Part shown: positions 13,336 to 26,702 of the stretch, one piece after another
Numbering within the stretch: the first letter of the stretch is position 1
Layout: each line of letters starts with the position of its first letter
Assembly (NCBI GenBank): GCA_051294375.1
Contig: CM119267.1
Span: 7,075,205-7,139,204, forward strand
Length of the DNA: 64,000 nucleotides
Source of the DNA: Paraspadella gotoi
Taxonomy: Eukaryota > Animalia > Chaetognatha
Reading direction: 5' to 3'
Made by a program: the position numbers and the translations under genes
The notes under the pieces: generated by a model
What the model was told of the DNA's origin: nothing
Database searches by the model: none
Seen by the model: only the letters and a program-made list of their open reading frames with translations

Positions 13336-14239
13336 GAAGAGAGGAGAGAGGAGAGAAAGAGAGCAGTAAAAATGAGCATAAGGATCGTCGCAATTTCAAA
13401 GAGAGAGAGAGAAGAGAGAGAGAGACTTGTGAGGAGGAGAGAGAGAGAAAGATAGAAAGAGAGTCGAGATAAAAATTAGCGGAATAAAAAAGTTGTTAAT
13501 TTTACTAACTGAATAAAAATACTAAAATACTTACAAAAATACAAAAAATGATAAATTATTATTTCGATAACGATTGTTTAATCCACATGCAATTATCTAG
13601 TAAGCCTAATACTTAGTAAGGCGGGCCAAATTGAACACTTTTTATAACTTCTATTCTCTTTAAATTTTTTTTTCTTTATACTAAATCGATTTTCAATATA
13701 ACCTTTGTTGAATTAGTTCATGGGTTGTTGCACTTGAAGCTTTTAAATATTTATTAAATATATAATAATATATAAAGTATGGACGGAATTTTGTGCAGGG
13801 GAAATGAGTTTAGATGGAAAAAACATTGAAGTTCACATTTACTTGAATCCTTAATATTAATGATTACTAATAAAGTTTTAATTAATTATAATTAATTAAT
13901 TAATTAATTAATTAATGTTGAAAAAATGATGCAATGTTAAAAAAAATCTGAAAAGCAATTAAAGATCGTCCGCAATTGCAGAAAAGAGAGAGAGAGAGAA
14001 GATAGGAGAATGAGACATAAAATAAAATAGAGGATATTTGTTTGTTTTGATAAAATGTAAACAAAAACATATTTAATAACTGTCCCAAACCCAATTTTAA
14101 GGACATCGATGATAATAAGTTGAATATAAATTTAAAATTAATTATTACATATTAAAATTAATTAATTAATTATTAATTAATCGATTAATAATTAATTAAT
14201 TATCGTAGCAGATCCGACATTGTTTGCTCAAACTTGTTT
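10247..14239 (+). mobile_element. HINE/DINE-1-like Helentron derivative, copy 1 (5' part badly garbled)
   Basis: Clean 3' end GCAGATCCGAC plus GTTTG-CT-CAAAC stem-loop, as at 48826-48857. The 5' end and internal blocks are noisy versions of 46061-47400. Confidence 0.75.
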
Positions 14240-14653
14240 CATTATATTTTCATTTATGTTTAATTCTCTACACGTTTGTAATAATAAGTTTTTTCATTAT
14301 ATTTTCAATCGTCCTCTTTTTTTCAAGTCCTTTTCTCAATCGATTGCCAATCACTCGATCAATTGCCATTCGCCACCTCCCATTTGCCATCTCCCCGTTC
14401 ACTATTTGTCTCATTCGCCATCCGCCATTCATCATCTCCCCTTCGACATTTCTTCCATCTTCTCGTTAGCCATCTCCCCGTTCCCTGTTTCTCCCAAATC
14501 GCCATCTCCCCTTACGCCATCTCCCTTTATGCCATCTCCCACTTTCTAACCGACCGCGTCGAGACCATTCCAAGTGGATCTTCTGCGGATTGCCAGTGGG
14601 CGTGGCGAGACGAACGCCGTTTCTGCCATTTCGCGCCGACCCGCCATTCCGCG

Positions 14654-14725
<72 letters not shown>

Positions 14726-15271
14726 CGAACGTCGTTCCATCGTCATCGGACGCACTCGACGCCGCGGTTCCATTAGGATGACGGCTCTGGAGGCGGCGCT
14801 GTCGTTAACCGAGCGCCGATATGACGTCATTGTACGACGTGGACGCCGCGAGAAATGATATTTAACGCTCATATCGTTCTGGCGTCCTTTTACGTGCAAA
14901 CTAAATAATAATAGAAATTAATAATAAATTAACAATTATGAGAATAATTTTGAAATTGTTATAATTTTGTATAGTTTCGGAAGAATTGTATTTTTCAATG
15001 TATAAATCTTTGAGATAATTCCTAATCCTGTTCGGCCTTAGTAAGGAACAGGTCTGCGTCTAACGTGTAAAGCGCGACACACAAAGGAAGGAGGTGAAGG
15101 AACAGAGAATATAGAATGCAAAAAAGAAGAAGAGGAGGAGGAGGAGTAGGAGGAGGTGGATGAAGAGGAAGGGAGGTGGTGAGGAGAAAGACGAGGAAAG
15201 AAAAAAGGGAGATGCAGAGGTTTTCCCAAAGACATCGAAAGAATGTTTGTTTTCCTTTCACTTTCGTTGTA

Positions 15272-15405
15272 TTTTTGTTTCAACAACTATTTTTATTTAA
15301 AAAAAAACAGACATGTTTCGACTCTAATTTGATGATAATGACTCGAAATAGAGTCGAAACATGTCTGTTTTTATTCTATATAAAAATCGTTGTTGAAGAA
15401 AAACA
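15272..15405. mobile_element. Palindromic Penelope-like LTR relic with degenerate minimal hammerhead core
   Basis: Inverted arms AAACAGACATGTTTCGACTCTA / TAGAGTCGAAACATGTCTGTTT. Core reads TTGATGA-TAAT-GACTC-GAAATA-GAGTC-GAAAC-ATGTC at 15329-15365. Confidence 0.55.
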
Positions 15406-15744
15406 ATTTATCAATTTCGTAATACAAAAAATACTTAAGTCATTGTGATAAAAAAAAAGTTGGCATTAGAAGAAAATGATAATGAAAATGAGAAAGAATT
15501 GCGCTTCGCAAAGTCGTCTCGTTCATCGTCTTCATCGTCGTCGATGTCGTCGGCGACCGGACCGCAATTTTCCAAAAAATTCTCCCGTTTTCTTAGAAAT
15601 GAAGACGATTGGGGGAAAAAATTTGGGAGGAGGGGAGGAATTAAGAGAGGGAGGAATAGAGGAGGGAAGAAAAGGGACTTGACGGAGAAGGAGAGAGAAG
15701 AGAAGAAGAGAGAATTGAAAATGAAAGGGTGACAGAGAAGGAAA

Positions 15745-16630
15745 GATATATAGAGAAGGAGAAAGAAATAGAGGAGATATAGAAAGAGATAGAAAAGGAG
15801 ATGGAAATAGAGGAGATATAGAAAGAGATAGAAAAGGAGATAGAAATAGAGAAGGAGATATAGAAAGAGATAGAAAAGAAGATATAAATAGAGAAGGAGA
15901 TATAGAAAGAGATAGAAATGAAGATATAAATAGAGAAGAAGATATAGAAAGAGATAGAAAAGGAGATAGAAATAAGGAGGAGATAAAGAAAGAGATAGAA
16001 AAGGAGATAGAAATAGAGAAGGAGATCAGAAGGCTAGAAGGAGAATAGAAATAGAGAAGGAGATATAGAAAGAAGATAGAAAAGGAGAAATAGAAATAGA
16101 GAACGATGATATAGAAAGAGAATAGAAAAGAAGATATAAATAGAGAAGGAGCATATAGAAAGAGATAGAAAAAGAGATAGAAATAGAGAAGGAGTAAGAA
16201 AGCGATAGAAATAAGAGAGCCATAATAGAAAGAGATAGAAAAGGAGATGGAAATAGAGCAGGATATATAGAAAGAGAACTATGAAGGAGATAGAAATGAG
16301 AAAAGGGAGATACATAGAAGAGATAGAAAAGGCGATAGAAATAGAGGAGATATAGAAAGTAGATAGAAAATAGAGATATAAATCAGAGAAGGGAGATATA
16401 GAAGAAATAGAAAAGGAGATAGAAATAGATCAGGATATATAGAAGAGATAGAAAAGTATATAGAAGATAAGAGGAGATACTAGAAAAGAGATAGAAAAGA
16501 AGATATAAATAGAGGACAGGAGATATTAGAAAGAAATAGAAAAGGAGATAGAAATAGAGGCAGGAAATAGAAGAGATAGAAAGTATATAGAAAATAGAGA
16601 GGCCAGATATAGAAAGAGATAGAAAGAAGA
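15745..16630. repeat. Purine-rich minisatellite (~40-42 bp unit GAGATATAGAAAGAGATAGAAAAGGAGATAGAAATAGAGAAG)
   Basis: Tandem copies visible directly, degrading toward the gap. Confidence 0.9.
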
Positions 16631-16821
16631 ATATATAATGAGAGCGCAGAGGGGGCGGGGGGGGAGAAGGAAATATTAAAAAACATGAGGAAAGACGGAT
16701 CGAGAAACGAGGACGAGATCCCGGAAGAGGAAATTAAAACAAAAAGAGAGGGAATAATGAAAGAGTTATGAGTGAACAAGAGTAATGGAAAAAAGAAGGA
16801 GGGAATAAGGACACGGTAAAG

Positions 16822-17107
16822 NNNNNNNNNNNNNNNNNNNNNNNNNNNNNNNNNNNNNNNNNNNNNNNNNNNNNNNNNNNNNNNNNNNNNNNNNNNNNNN
16901 NNNNNNNNNNNNNNNNNNNNNNNNNNNNNNNNNNNNNNNNNNNNNNNNNNNNNNNNNNNNNNNNNNNNNNNNNNNNNNNNNNNNNNNNNNNNNNNNNNNN
17001 NNNNNNNNNNNNNNNNNNNNNNNNNNNNNNNNNNNNNNNNNNNNNNNNNNNNNNNNNNNNNNNNNNNNNNNNNNNNNNNNNNNNNNNNNNNNNNNNNNNN
17101 NNNNNNN
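16822..17107. other. Assembly gap
   Basis: Run of N. Confidence 1.
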
Positions 17108-17625
17108 GGAAAGGAAAGAAAATAAATGGAGAGAGACAGCATAATCAGGAGAAAGTCAAGAAAATGAAGAAAATGAATAGAAAGAGGGTAATATGGAGAG
17201 AAAAAAAAACAAATAGGTAAATTTTAATTTAAAAAAAAGAAAGACCAAAAATGACAAAAATAAATTATTAAAATATAAAGTGAAGAAAGCTACAATAAAT
17301 ATTATAATATATAAATTAATATAATGTAAAATATAATGATAAAATATAATATATAATATATAACATATGTACATTGTACATGTATATGAATAGTATTGTA
17401 TTGTATACGTTTTGTTTGGAATTCAATATGGTTGATTTAGAACATACAATAACAGCAAGCAAGACTAGGTCTAATATCAAGCCAAGGTGAATATAAAGAG
17501 AACACGTCAAGCTGAGATTTAACTTACACAGTGGAGAAAGGAATTATCCCTTTGAGAATAACATTTTTTAACGTATGAATCTTAAAAATAAAATATAAAG
17601 TATAAAGTATAAGAAAAAAGCAACA

Positions 17626-18084
17626 NNNNNNNNNNNNNNNNNNNNNNNNNNNNNNNNNNNNNNNNNNNNNNNNNNNNNNNNNNNNNNNNNNNNNNNNNNN
17701 NNNNNNNNNNNNNNNNNNNNNNNNNNNNNNNNNNNNNNNNNNNNNNNNNNNNNNNNNNNNNNNNNNNNNNNNNNNNNNNNNNNNNNNNNNNNNNNNNNNN
17801 NNNNNNNNNNNNNNNNNNNNNNNNNNNNNNNNNNNNNNNNNNNNNNNNNNNNNNNNNNNNNNNNNNNNNNNNNNNNNNNNNNNNNNNNNNNNNNNNNNNN
17901 NNNNNNNNNNNNNNNNNNNNNNNNNNNNNNNNNNNNNNNNNNNNNNNNNNNNNNNNNNNNNNNNNNNNNNNNNNNNNNNNNNNNNNNNNNNNNNNNNNNN
18001 NNNNNNNNNNNNNNNNNNNNNNNNNNNNNNNNNNNNNNNNNNNNNNNNNNNNNNNNNNNNNNNNNNNNNNNNNNNNNNNNNNNN
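17626..18084. other. Assembly gap
   Basis: Run of N. Confidence 1.
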
Positions 18085-19627
18085 ATCTTCTCTTCTCTCT
18101 TCTTTTCTCGCAATAAAGAATTCGCCAACAACGAAATTCTCGCTCCATCGAATTTCCTGGGTTTTGAAAGGGGGGAGAGGTGAGGTGAGGTGAGGTGAGG
18201 AGAGAAGAGAAGAGAAGAGAAGAGAAGAGAAGAGAAGAGAAGAGAAGAGAAGAGAAGAGAAGAGAAGAGGAGAGGAGAAGAGAGGAGAGAAGAGAAGAGA
18301 AGATTAGAGGAGAAAAGAGAAGAGGAGAAGAGAGGAGAGAGAAAACGAAAGAGAGAGGAGAAGGGAGGGTAATGAGAGGGAGACAGGAAAGAATAGAGGA
18401 AAGAGTAATGTTAAGGGAGAGAAATGGTGGGAGAGAGAAAAGTATAGAGGAGAAAGAGGAGAGAGTGAAATAAGAGGAAAGAGGAAAAAAAACTGAGAGC
18501 GCAAAGTCATCGAATTCAATAGTATGGAATCGTATGGAATAGTATTAAAAGGTATGGAAGTGTGTTAAAAAAAATAGGTGCTGATTGGAAATTAATAGAA
18601 TTAGTATGTTATAATATGTTTAAATACACGTCAAATACTAACAAATTATTTGAGATTGAGTATGGTCGGAAATAAAACAGATAGCATGGGGGAAAATATT
18701 ATAAATTACCCTTTTCTAAAATTAAAAAAAAAAAAAGACAGTTTCGAATAAAAAGCTCAACTCGACGCGAGTGAAAATTAATATCTTTCGCACGATTAAA
18801 AATTAAAAGCGTCGCAGCGAACTCTTTGAGAGGAGAGAAAAGAGGAAAAAAATTAAAAACTGGCGATGCTCGAATGTAGTAAACTGGCACTTATTGACAG
18901 AATAGGACATAATTTCTGGTAAGGCGAATTGTCCTCAGTCATTAACAAGATACAAAGACACTTTTCACGGAATTACAGTGAAGCCTTAGCCGTCGTGGTC
19001 GTCGGAAACAGACAGACACACAAAAAAGAAACCAAAACACAGACAGACAGACAGACATACAAGTCAGAACCATAAACACAAGCAAACCAATGTGGCAGAC
19101 AGAGAAGCAAAAATAACGAGAGAAAGGTCAACGGAAAAAGTCAATATGGTCATCGACGATCTGACCACCAGAATCCATTAATCTATCTATTTATCTATCT
19201 ATCTATCTATCCTAAGGTTCAACTTAAAAAAATGACGGACATCACGAGTTCGTTTGTAGAAACCGACTTTAGTCATTTCGCGGCACCGGCGTTCGCTCGA
19301 ACGAAAAGAAGACGAGAAAGTGAACAAGTTCCAATTCAAAGAATGAAAATAAAGAAAATGAAGAAAATGAGGGAAAGAAAGAAAAAGAAAGAGAAAAAGC
19401 GGCGTCGTCGTTTCTTTAAGTTTTTTTTTTTTCGCGACGACTCTTCGCTTGTTTAACAATCTGTGAGATTCTCTAAATCGTCTAAGGGGACGTGATCCAA
19501 AGCTTTGTGATGATCAATCGAGGTTGCTTTATCACATGGCGGATATTGTCACCGTTCAATATATTTATATACTTGTTTCTTTTTGAAAGGCGTTCATTAG
19601 TGATGGAATACTAATTGGACTAAGGAT

Positions 19628-20240
19628 TAAAGCGTAGTAAAATTTCTAAATTTAACTTTAATTAAAATTCTAAAAGTGAGGAACGAACAACATTATATTA
19701 ATGAACATTTATGTAATAAAAAAATGTATAATAAATTCTACAGTTTACGCAGTAGGCCATATTTATACTAGTACTAAATCAATAAATGTTAAAATTTCAA
19801 AACATTTTTTTCTAAGATTTTTTTTCAGATTTGGACTCGTCATAAAAAGTTTATAAAAAGAAATATAATTCTTTTTGAAAAATTCCTTCATTAAGTGGGT
19901 CAAAAATTAGAAAAAGCTATATTTTAAGCTGAAAATTAACTTTTTATATATTAAATATAGTTTTTTTAATTTTTAACCCACTTAATGAAAGAATTTTTAA
20001 AAATGATTTCTATTTTCTTTTATCAACTTTTGACGAGGAATTCAAATCTGTAATCAAAATTAAGATAAGCTTATTTTGAAATTTTTCGATTTTATAAGGA
20101 TAGTACTATATATAAATATAGCCTACTGCGAAAATTAAAAAAACATAAAATTAATTTTTTTTACAAATTAATGTTTACTGATGGTATGTTGTTCATAATT
20201 GACTTTTAGAATTTACGTATATAACTTTCACTACGCCTTA
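19628..20240. mobile_element. Fold-back MITE (whole element is an imperfect palindrome)
   Basis: Inverted pairs: TAAAGCGTAGTAAAA / TTTCACTACGCCTTA, CGCAGTAGGCCATATTTATA / TATAAATATAGCCTACTGCG and TTAAGTGGGTCAAAAATT / AATTTTTAACCCACTTAA. Confidence 0.8.
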
Positions 20241-21034
20241 CTAAGGATATCGCCTCTGATTAATTTTTTTTTTTAAACGAAAGCGCATTAACTCTGCCAA
20301 TCTTGGGGCAATTGAAAAAATAATAGAAATACGGAATAGTAAATAGACCGGTCGAGATGGGAGAAAAACTTTCATTACCGTTCAAAAAACAATCAGTGTC
20401 TAAGGAAACAAAGTATTTATTGTTCGTAAAACATTTTCCCGCGACTAAAAAGCAGGGATTTTATAACAGTCTCCAGAGACTGAAGAAGCCATCGAAGAAA
20501 AGCGATCGGAATGGGAAAGACGGCGACTTTTTACGACTTTATGCAAATGAGATCCTGGTTAATCGCTCCCGACATTCTCTCTTCCTGGCCGAAGATTTAA
20601 CCGACGAAGGGGGGGAGAAAAAAACCATAGTATCGTGCATTAATATTTATGGCCGAGTTATTTTTTTCTTCTTCTATGGGCGAAACATTTTTCATAGGAA
20701 AGAATAAAAAAAGAAGAAAAAGAAGAAGAAGCAGAAGAAGAATAGGAATTTTATGGTTCGGTCGAGATTCGAAAATCCGTCCAAGGATAGAAACATGAAT
20801 TTTGTCCGTTTTTATGGCGAATAAAAATCGCCTTTGAAAACTTTTATTGAAAAATTTTATTTTTAAATTCTAAAGATTATTATTCGAATTTATTTGGTAT
20901 TTTATTTTTTTGATATTATGGCCTCAGACAATTCGTACAATAGAAACTTAAGAAACAACTTTGCGAGAAATTCTATGTGAAAAATTAAGACTTCAATAAT
21001 TTCTTTTCATGACAAAACTAATATAGTGTGAAAG

Positions 21035-21220
21035 ACGATGCCGCGAGCAGTTCACCCTCCGTTGCACACAAGGTCCCGAACTTCGGATCGGGCTGTAGTC
21101 CGTCACTACAGGTGGGTTAGACGCCCCTTCCCGCTTTTACTTGTGTGAATCAGCAGGGCGCGAACCCGAGTCCTTTGGGTTGGGAGGAGCTGCTGATTCT
21201 CGGACGAGTAAAGGGGTATG
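21035..21220 (-). mobile_element. tRNA-derived SINE/retrozyme-like repeat, family A' (carries twister)
   Basis: B-box-like GGGTTCGCGCCC. Leader and tail shared with 48102-48210; core shared with 32865-33050. Confidence 0.7.
21065..21147 (-). ncRNA. Type-P5 twister ribozyme fold (slightly degenerate)
   Basis: Minus strand reads CACACAAG(P5)-taaaag-CGG-GA-AGG-GGCGTC-TAA-CCC-AC-C-TGTAGT..ACTACA(P3)-G-CCCGA-T-CCG-AA-GT-TCGGG-ac-CTTGTGTG(P5'). One mismatch each in T1 and P2. Confidence 0.75.
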
Positions 21221-22267
21221 AAATACTACCGCTACAATAGTAATATTTAAAAGATGCTTCTTGTGCATATGTTTCATACATTTCTTCTGAAAATAGTACG
21301 TCGCTGCGTCGCCACAGTTAAACGTGCAAGTTCTTAAGAGAATTACCTGACAACGTCGATGACGAAGACGAAAACGACCAAGAAGAATAAGTCGACGACG
21401 GACAACGACGACGATAACGACGACGACAAGCAAGAACAACAACCGCTCATGTAACCTCGGGGAATTTTAGACTCAGGCAATTAACTTTTAAGACGTAGGA
21501 AAAGATTCCGGGGACGAAGGGCGAAATGCTTGGGAAGAGCGAGGGGGAAAATGCTTGCAGAGGATAGTGAATGATTGGGAAGGATGGGAAGACTGAGAGA
21601 GGAGGCAAAAATGCTGGAGAGAACGAAATAATTGCTTGCTTAGGATGTAGAGCATGTTCGAAAAGATTAGCGGAGAATGTTCGAGAGTTTCTATCGAGAG
21701 TGGGGCTGAAAAAGAGCGCGGGAAATATCACCAATTTGGACATTTAACATTTAACATTTGGACATTTTGACATTTAAGGTGAGGTTAGGGATAAGTATAC
21801 GGTTGAGGTTTAAAGTTGCGGTTAGGGATTCGGTTAGTTATTACAGTTGGGAATAAGGTTAGGCTATTGGGGTTAAAATTAGTTTCACAGATCAGGAACA
21901 GAAATTAGAGGCTTTTGGAAAACGATGCAGAGGATGGAAGAAAGTAAAAGTCAGATGAAGATAGGAGAGTGAATCTAAATGGTGTGAGATATAAATCTCG
22001 TCCGAGGGTGATGCTAGAAGGAGAAAAAGGAAATCAATGAAATGGGGAAAGAAAAAAAATTGAATGGAATGTCGAGTTGCCTCAAGCGGAGACGCTAATT
22101 GCTGCGGCGGCGGCGGCGGCGGCGGCGGAGACGCTTGTGGCGTCGCGGTCGGCGATTTTAAATTTTTAACTCTGGAAAGTTTTTTTAAAAAATGATTCTG
22201 AGAAGAGAAAAGAAAAGAGTGTAAACCGAAATAAAAGATTAAAGACCGTGAAAAGGAGTTGAGAAAG

Positions 22268-22423
<156 letters not shown>

Positions 22424-23520
22424 CAAAGAGAGAGAGAGATAGAGACAGAGAGAGAGAGAGAGAGATGCGAACTAATTAAGGTGAATTTACGGGTTAAAGA
22501 CTCGAAACTAATAGGATTTTTCCCCGCGGAGCAGACGCCAATATCGAACAAAGGCAAATGGTTCGACAAAGAGAGACAAAGGCAAGATCAGAAATTGATA
22601 CCCATTTTAGGTGGTGGTAATGTTTATCAATGAAACGAAATGATATTTATATCGGTTGTGGTAATTATGTAACATTTGTGATCTCTATATAAGACAACGA
22701 AAAGAAAGGATTTTACCATGATCTCCTTGAATAACAAAGAAGCCAAACAGTACATCGGGGAGATTATAATAAACTCGATATCCATAGTTGAATGAATGAA
22801 TGTATAGTTGTTACATTGGTCGTAGAGATTTCGTAAAACAAACGAAACTTAACATGAGGCATAAAACAAAAGAGCGCGAAGAGTCAGAACGACCGAAACG
22901 ACGCATCCCTTCCTCCTCCTCTTCCTCCTCCTCCTCCCTCAGATTCCCACGAGATCCCGCTCGTTATTTCCCGCCGACTGGCAGCTTATCTTTCTCCAGG
23001 TGAGAATTCGCCCGTAAAGTTTCCGCTCCGCTTCGCCCTTAATCTGCTCCCCTTGACCTTCGACGCGTCTAATCCAGCGGCAATGCGGTCCTAATCCAGC
23101 GCTATTTTGGCGCAAATCCTCCGCTAATCCCGCGTCTAATTAGCGCTAATCCAGCGCAAATAAGGTGAAAATCTCAAGCTTCATTGACGCTAATCCAAGG
23201 ATTATGATATGCTAATCCCAGCCGGCTCTGAAAAAGGATACGAGTTACAACCGAGTGGCGGTACAGTCCAACTTGTTATATTTATGATAGTATGTAATGC
23301 GTATTTGTTGTCGTAGTAGTTCGTCATGGTCACAGAGTTTCATACTATTGTCCCGGATTAAATGCTATTTTGAGTATGCCTCGCTAATCCTGGATCTCAC
23401 GCGGATCCCCGCTGATTCTCTCATTAAGCTGGAAATGGTGGGAGCGTCGAAGAGTACAATGATGGCCCATTATCGTTAATTCAGTAAATTCTGGTTTGGG
23501 GAGAGAGAGAGATGAGGGAG

Positions 23521-23589
<69 letters not shown>

Positions 23590-24031
23590 CATATGAGTTT
23601 ATTAATCCTTAAAATTAGAGATGATGGGTGAAAGTGCAGGTAAAAGGAGTAAACAGAGAATGAGAAGGAAAGAATGTTTACCGGTTGCTCAGGTAACAAT
23701 GAAAAGAAAAAAGTTTCAAAAAAGAAAAAAAAAAGAAATGACGAACATAGAGAAAGTAGGGAATAGAAAGGTTACCAGAGCAATATTCAAAGAATTGAGA
23801 GGGGTTTTGCTAAGATCTTTGGGTTTTTGTTGTTTTTTTTTTTAGAAAGTTTCAATTTTTTATGTTACTTTGTCTCCTTAAATTAACTCTTTACATCTTA
23901 ACCTTGAAAAAAAAACTCTGCTCGAACTGTACTTTTAACTACCGACTCCTAATTCGCCGCGAACAGCCCTCACCTCACCAACGTCCGTGAGCCTGGCTTC
24001 CCCCAACGCTCACGTCACCTCGTCGACGGAC

Positions 24032-26357
24032 ATGCGGCGTCGGAGGGCGTGTCTCTTTCTCACCGCCTGCCTCTTCGCCGCTCTCACCATCCTTTTCTGC
24101 CGCCGAGACACCGGGCTTCGCACCAAGTGGCGCAAATTCGACAAGCGCTACCTCCGGCGTCTCTACCGACCCGCCTGGCACGTGGGCGTGGCACCGATCG
24201 GCGTCCTCGTCAACGCCTCCGGATGCGTCATACCCGAGTTCGATCCTTTCGACGCGTCGGTGGCGCCGATGCTGGATTTCACGGAGGAAGGAAGGATTTG
24301 TAGGGTGGACGGAGGATGGGTCGAGGTGAGAGGATTGCGAGGTTGACAAATGGAGGCCGTGATTTTCAAAAGCGTCCCATTTCAGATTAAATTTGTTTTT
24401 TTTAACTTAAAGAGTAGGTTAATGATAAGGGATTAAGATTGAGTCAGTGATTAATGGTTATGGTTAGGCGATATAGTTTGGGATTTGGTTTAAGGTTAGG
24501 TGATAAGTTTAAGGATTAAGGATTGAAATTATGGTACGGGATTACGTTCGGTTTATGGATCAGAGCTCATGATTGGAAACCAAGTTCCATCCGCAATCTC
24601 ATCTGCGATTCCATCTCCGCTTCCCAGGTCAACGGCAACGTCGTCTCCCTGTCCCTTTCCACCCTGAAATCGGACCCGCGACTCTCTCGTTGCGTCGTCG
24701 CTCCTCTACGATTCGACGTCACCGGCGCCAAGGCCACGCCCTCATCCGACGCCGGCGCGATCGAGTTTCCGCCGCACGAGCGCCGGGCCGTCGACGCCCA
24801 GTTCGCGCGCGTCGAATGTTGGCGCCGGAATTTTCTCGGCATCGAGACGAGCGCGTTCGTCGACTTCGTGGCGGTGGCGTTTCGTGATCCGAAAAAGGGG
24901 GAGGAGAAGAAGGCGTCGGCGGCGGCGGCGACGGGGGCGGCGGCGGCGGCGGCGGCGGTTGAAAGGAAGGCGGAACGAGGGATGAGAGAGAAGGCGGAAA
25001 AGTAAAAGAACAATATATTTATTTATTTAACAATATATTTATTAAGAATTAGAAGTGGAAAAAAAAACGAATTAAGGAGACGTCGTGAAAATGCGGAAAC
25101 TTTACGAATATTTATAGGTCGTAAACTACAAATTAGTAAAATATGGTAAAGATATTAGTAAATCTAATCGACGCCACCATCTCTCTCTCTCACCATCCCC
25201 CCACCACCAAAGCACGCCCCCTCGTTTCAGCGTCCACCTGATAGGAATGGATTCCGTGTCTCGCCACAACTTCGTCCGTCATCTGCCGAAGACTCGAAGA
25301 TTTCTCGACGATTTGGGCGCCGTCCAACTCTTTGGCTACAACAAAGTCGGCGACAATTCCCTGCCCAATCAGATGCCCTTATTGGCCGGGATGTCGCTGC
25401 GGTAAGAAAGGAGGAAAAGAAGAATTATATAAAAACGATAAGAAAAAAAGAATTAGATAACGTAAAAAAGAGAATTGGCTAAATAAAGACTAAGTTATCA
25501 TACGGGTCGATATGATAGAGAGCATGTAGGCTCGATCGTGGATTAATGACGAATCATAAAGCTACAAACAGAATCTTCGAGCACTTTTAAAGTCTTTAGA
25601 ATTTAAAAAAAAAAACCGCACATATCGGCTCCTCTTCCATCCCATCCCCCCCAATCCGCCAACGTGCTCGGCCGACTCTCCCATCACCCCTCGCGCTCCC
25701 CGACACCTCCAGCGAAGCTTCGAACCTCTCGTGGAGCGACCGACCTTTTATCTGGCGGGAATTCGGCGCGGCGGGGTTGGCTCTCTCTGCGAAAGACTGG
25801 GACGGAGAGTGGAAGAGTTTTCGATCTCCCGGAGAACCTCGTTCCCGATCATTACTACGAGCCTTTCTCCATGGAGATGGACAAAGAGTTAGTGGGTGGG
25901 GGGGGATTCCGCGTGGGGGAGGGGTTGGGGCCGAGAGAGAAGCGGGAGGGTGGCAATGTGTTTAAATGGAGACAACGGAGTCTACTTGCCGAACTTTGGA
26001 TCTTTCGGTAGCGTCTTTCGATTAACTACAACTTTTTTTTTTTGGAGCGAATCAACAAAGCGGGAATCGTGGGCCATTGATTCGGGAGGATCGCCAATGG
26101 TTTTGCCCATTCTCGGAAGTGTGGCGGGGAAAGGACTTACTACCGTCTTATTCTATTCGTTTCGTTGTCGTCTTTTATCGCTCTAGTCGCATAGCTTTCG
26201 TTTTCATCCCTCGCCCCCCCATTCGTTTCCAGCGGATTCTCTACAGAGGCTTCGTGATTGCTACGGGGACAAACTGGCCGGAGAAAAAGTTTACGATGGT
26301 TCGTGACGGCGTTGAAGACGCATTCCAGACACGGGAGTAAGGGGAGGGGGAGAGAGA

Positions 26358-26431
<74 letters not shown>

Positions 26432-26437
26432 AATTGA

Positions 26438-26468
<31 letters not shown>

Positions 26469-26497
26469 CTATCATATCTATAGATAGATAGATAGAT

Positions 26498-26560
<63 letters not shown>

Positions 26561-26571
26561 CTACTATATCT

Positions 26572-26602
<31 letters not shown>

Positions 26603-26670
26603 TGATAGATAATAGTCTATATGATAGATAGATAGATAGATAGATAGATAGGATAGATAGATAGATAGAT

Positions 26671-26702
<32 letters not shown>

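Noticed and set aside
21045-21125. Type-P1 twister reading using the downstream GGAGGGTGAAC
   Set aside because: P1, P2 and T1 pair poorly in that register. The type-P5 register gives an 8-bp P5 and matches the other families.
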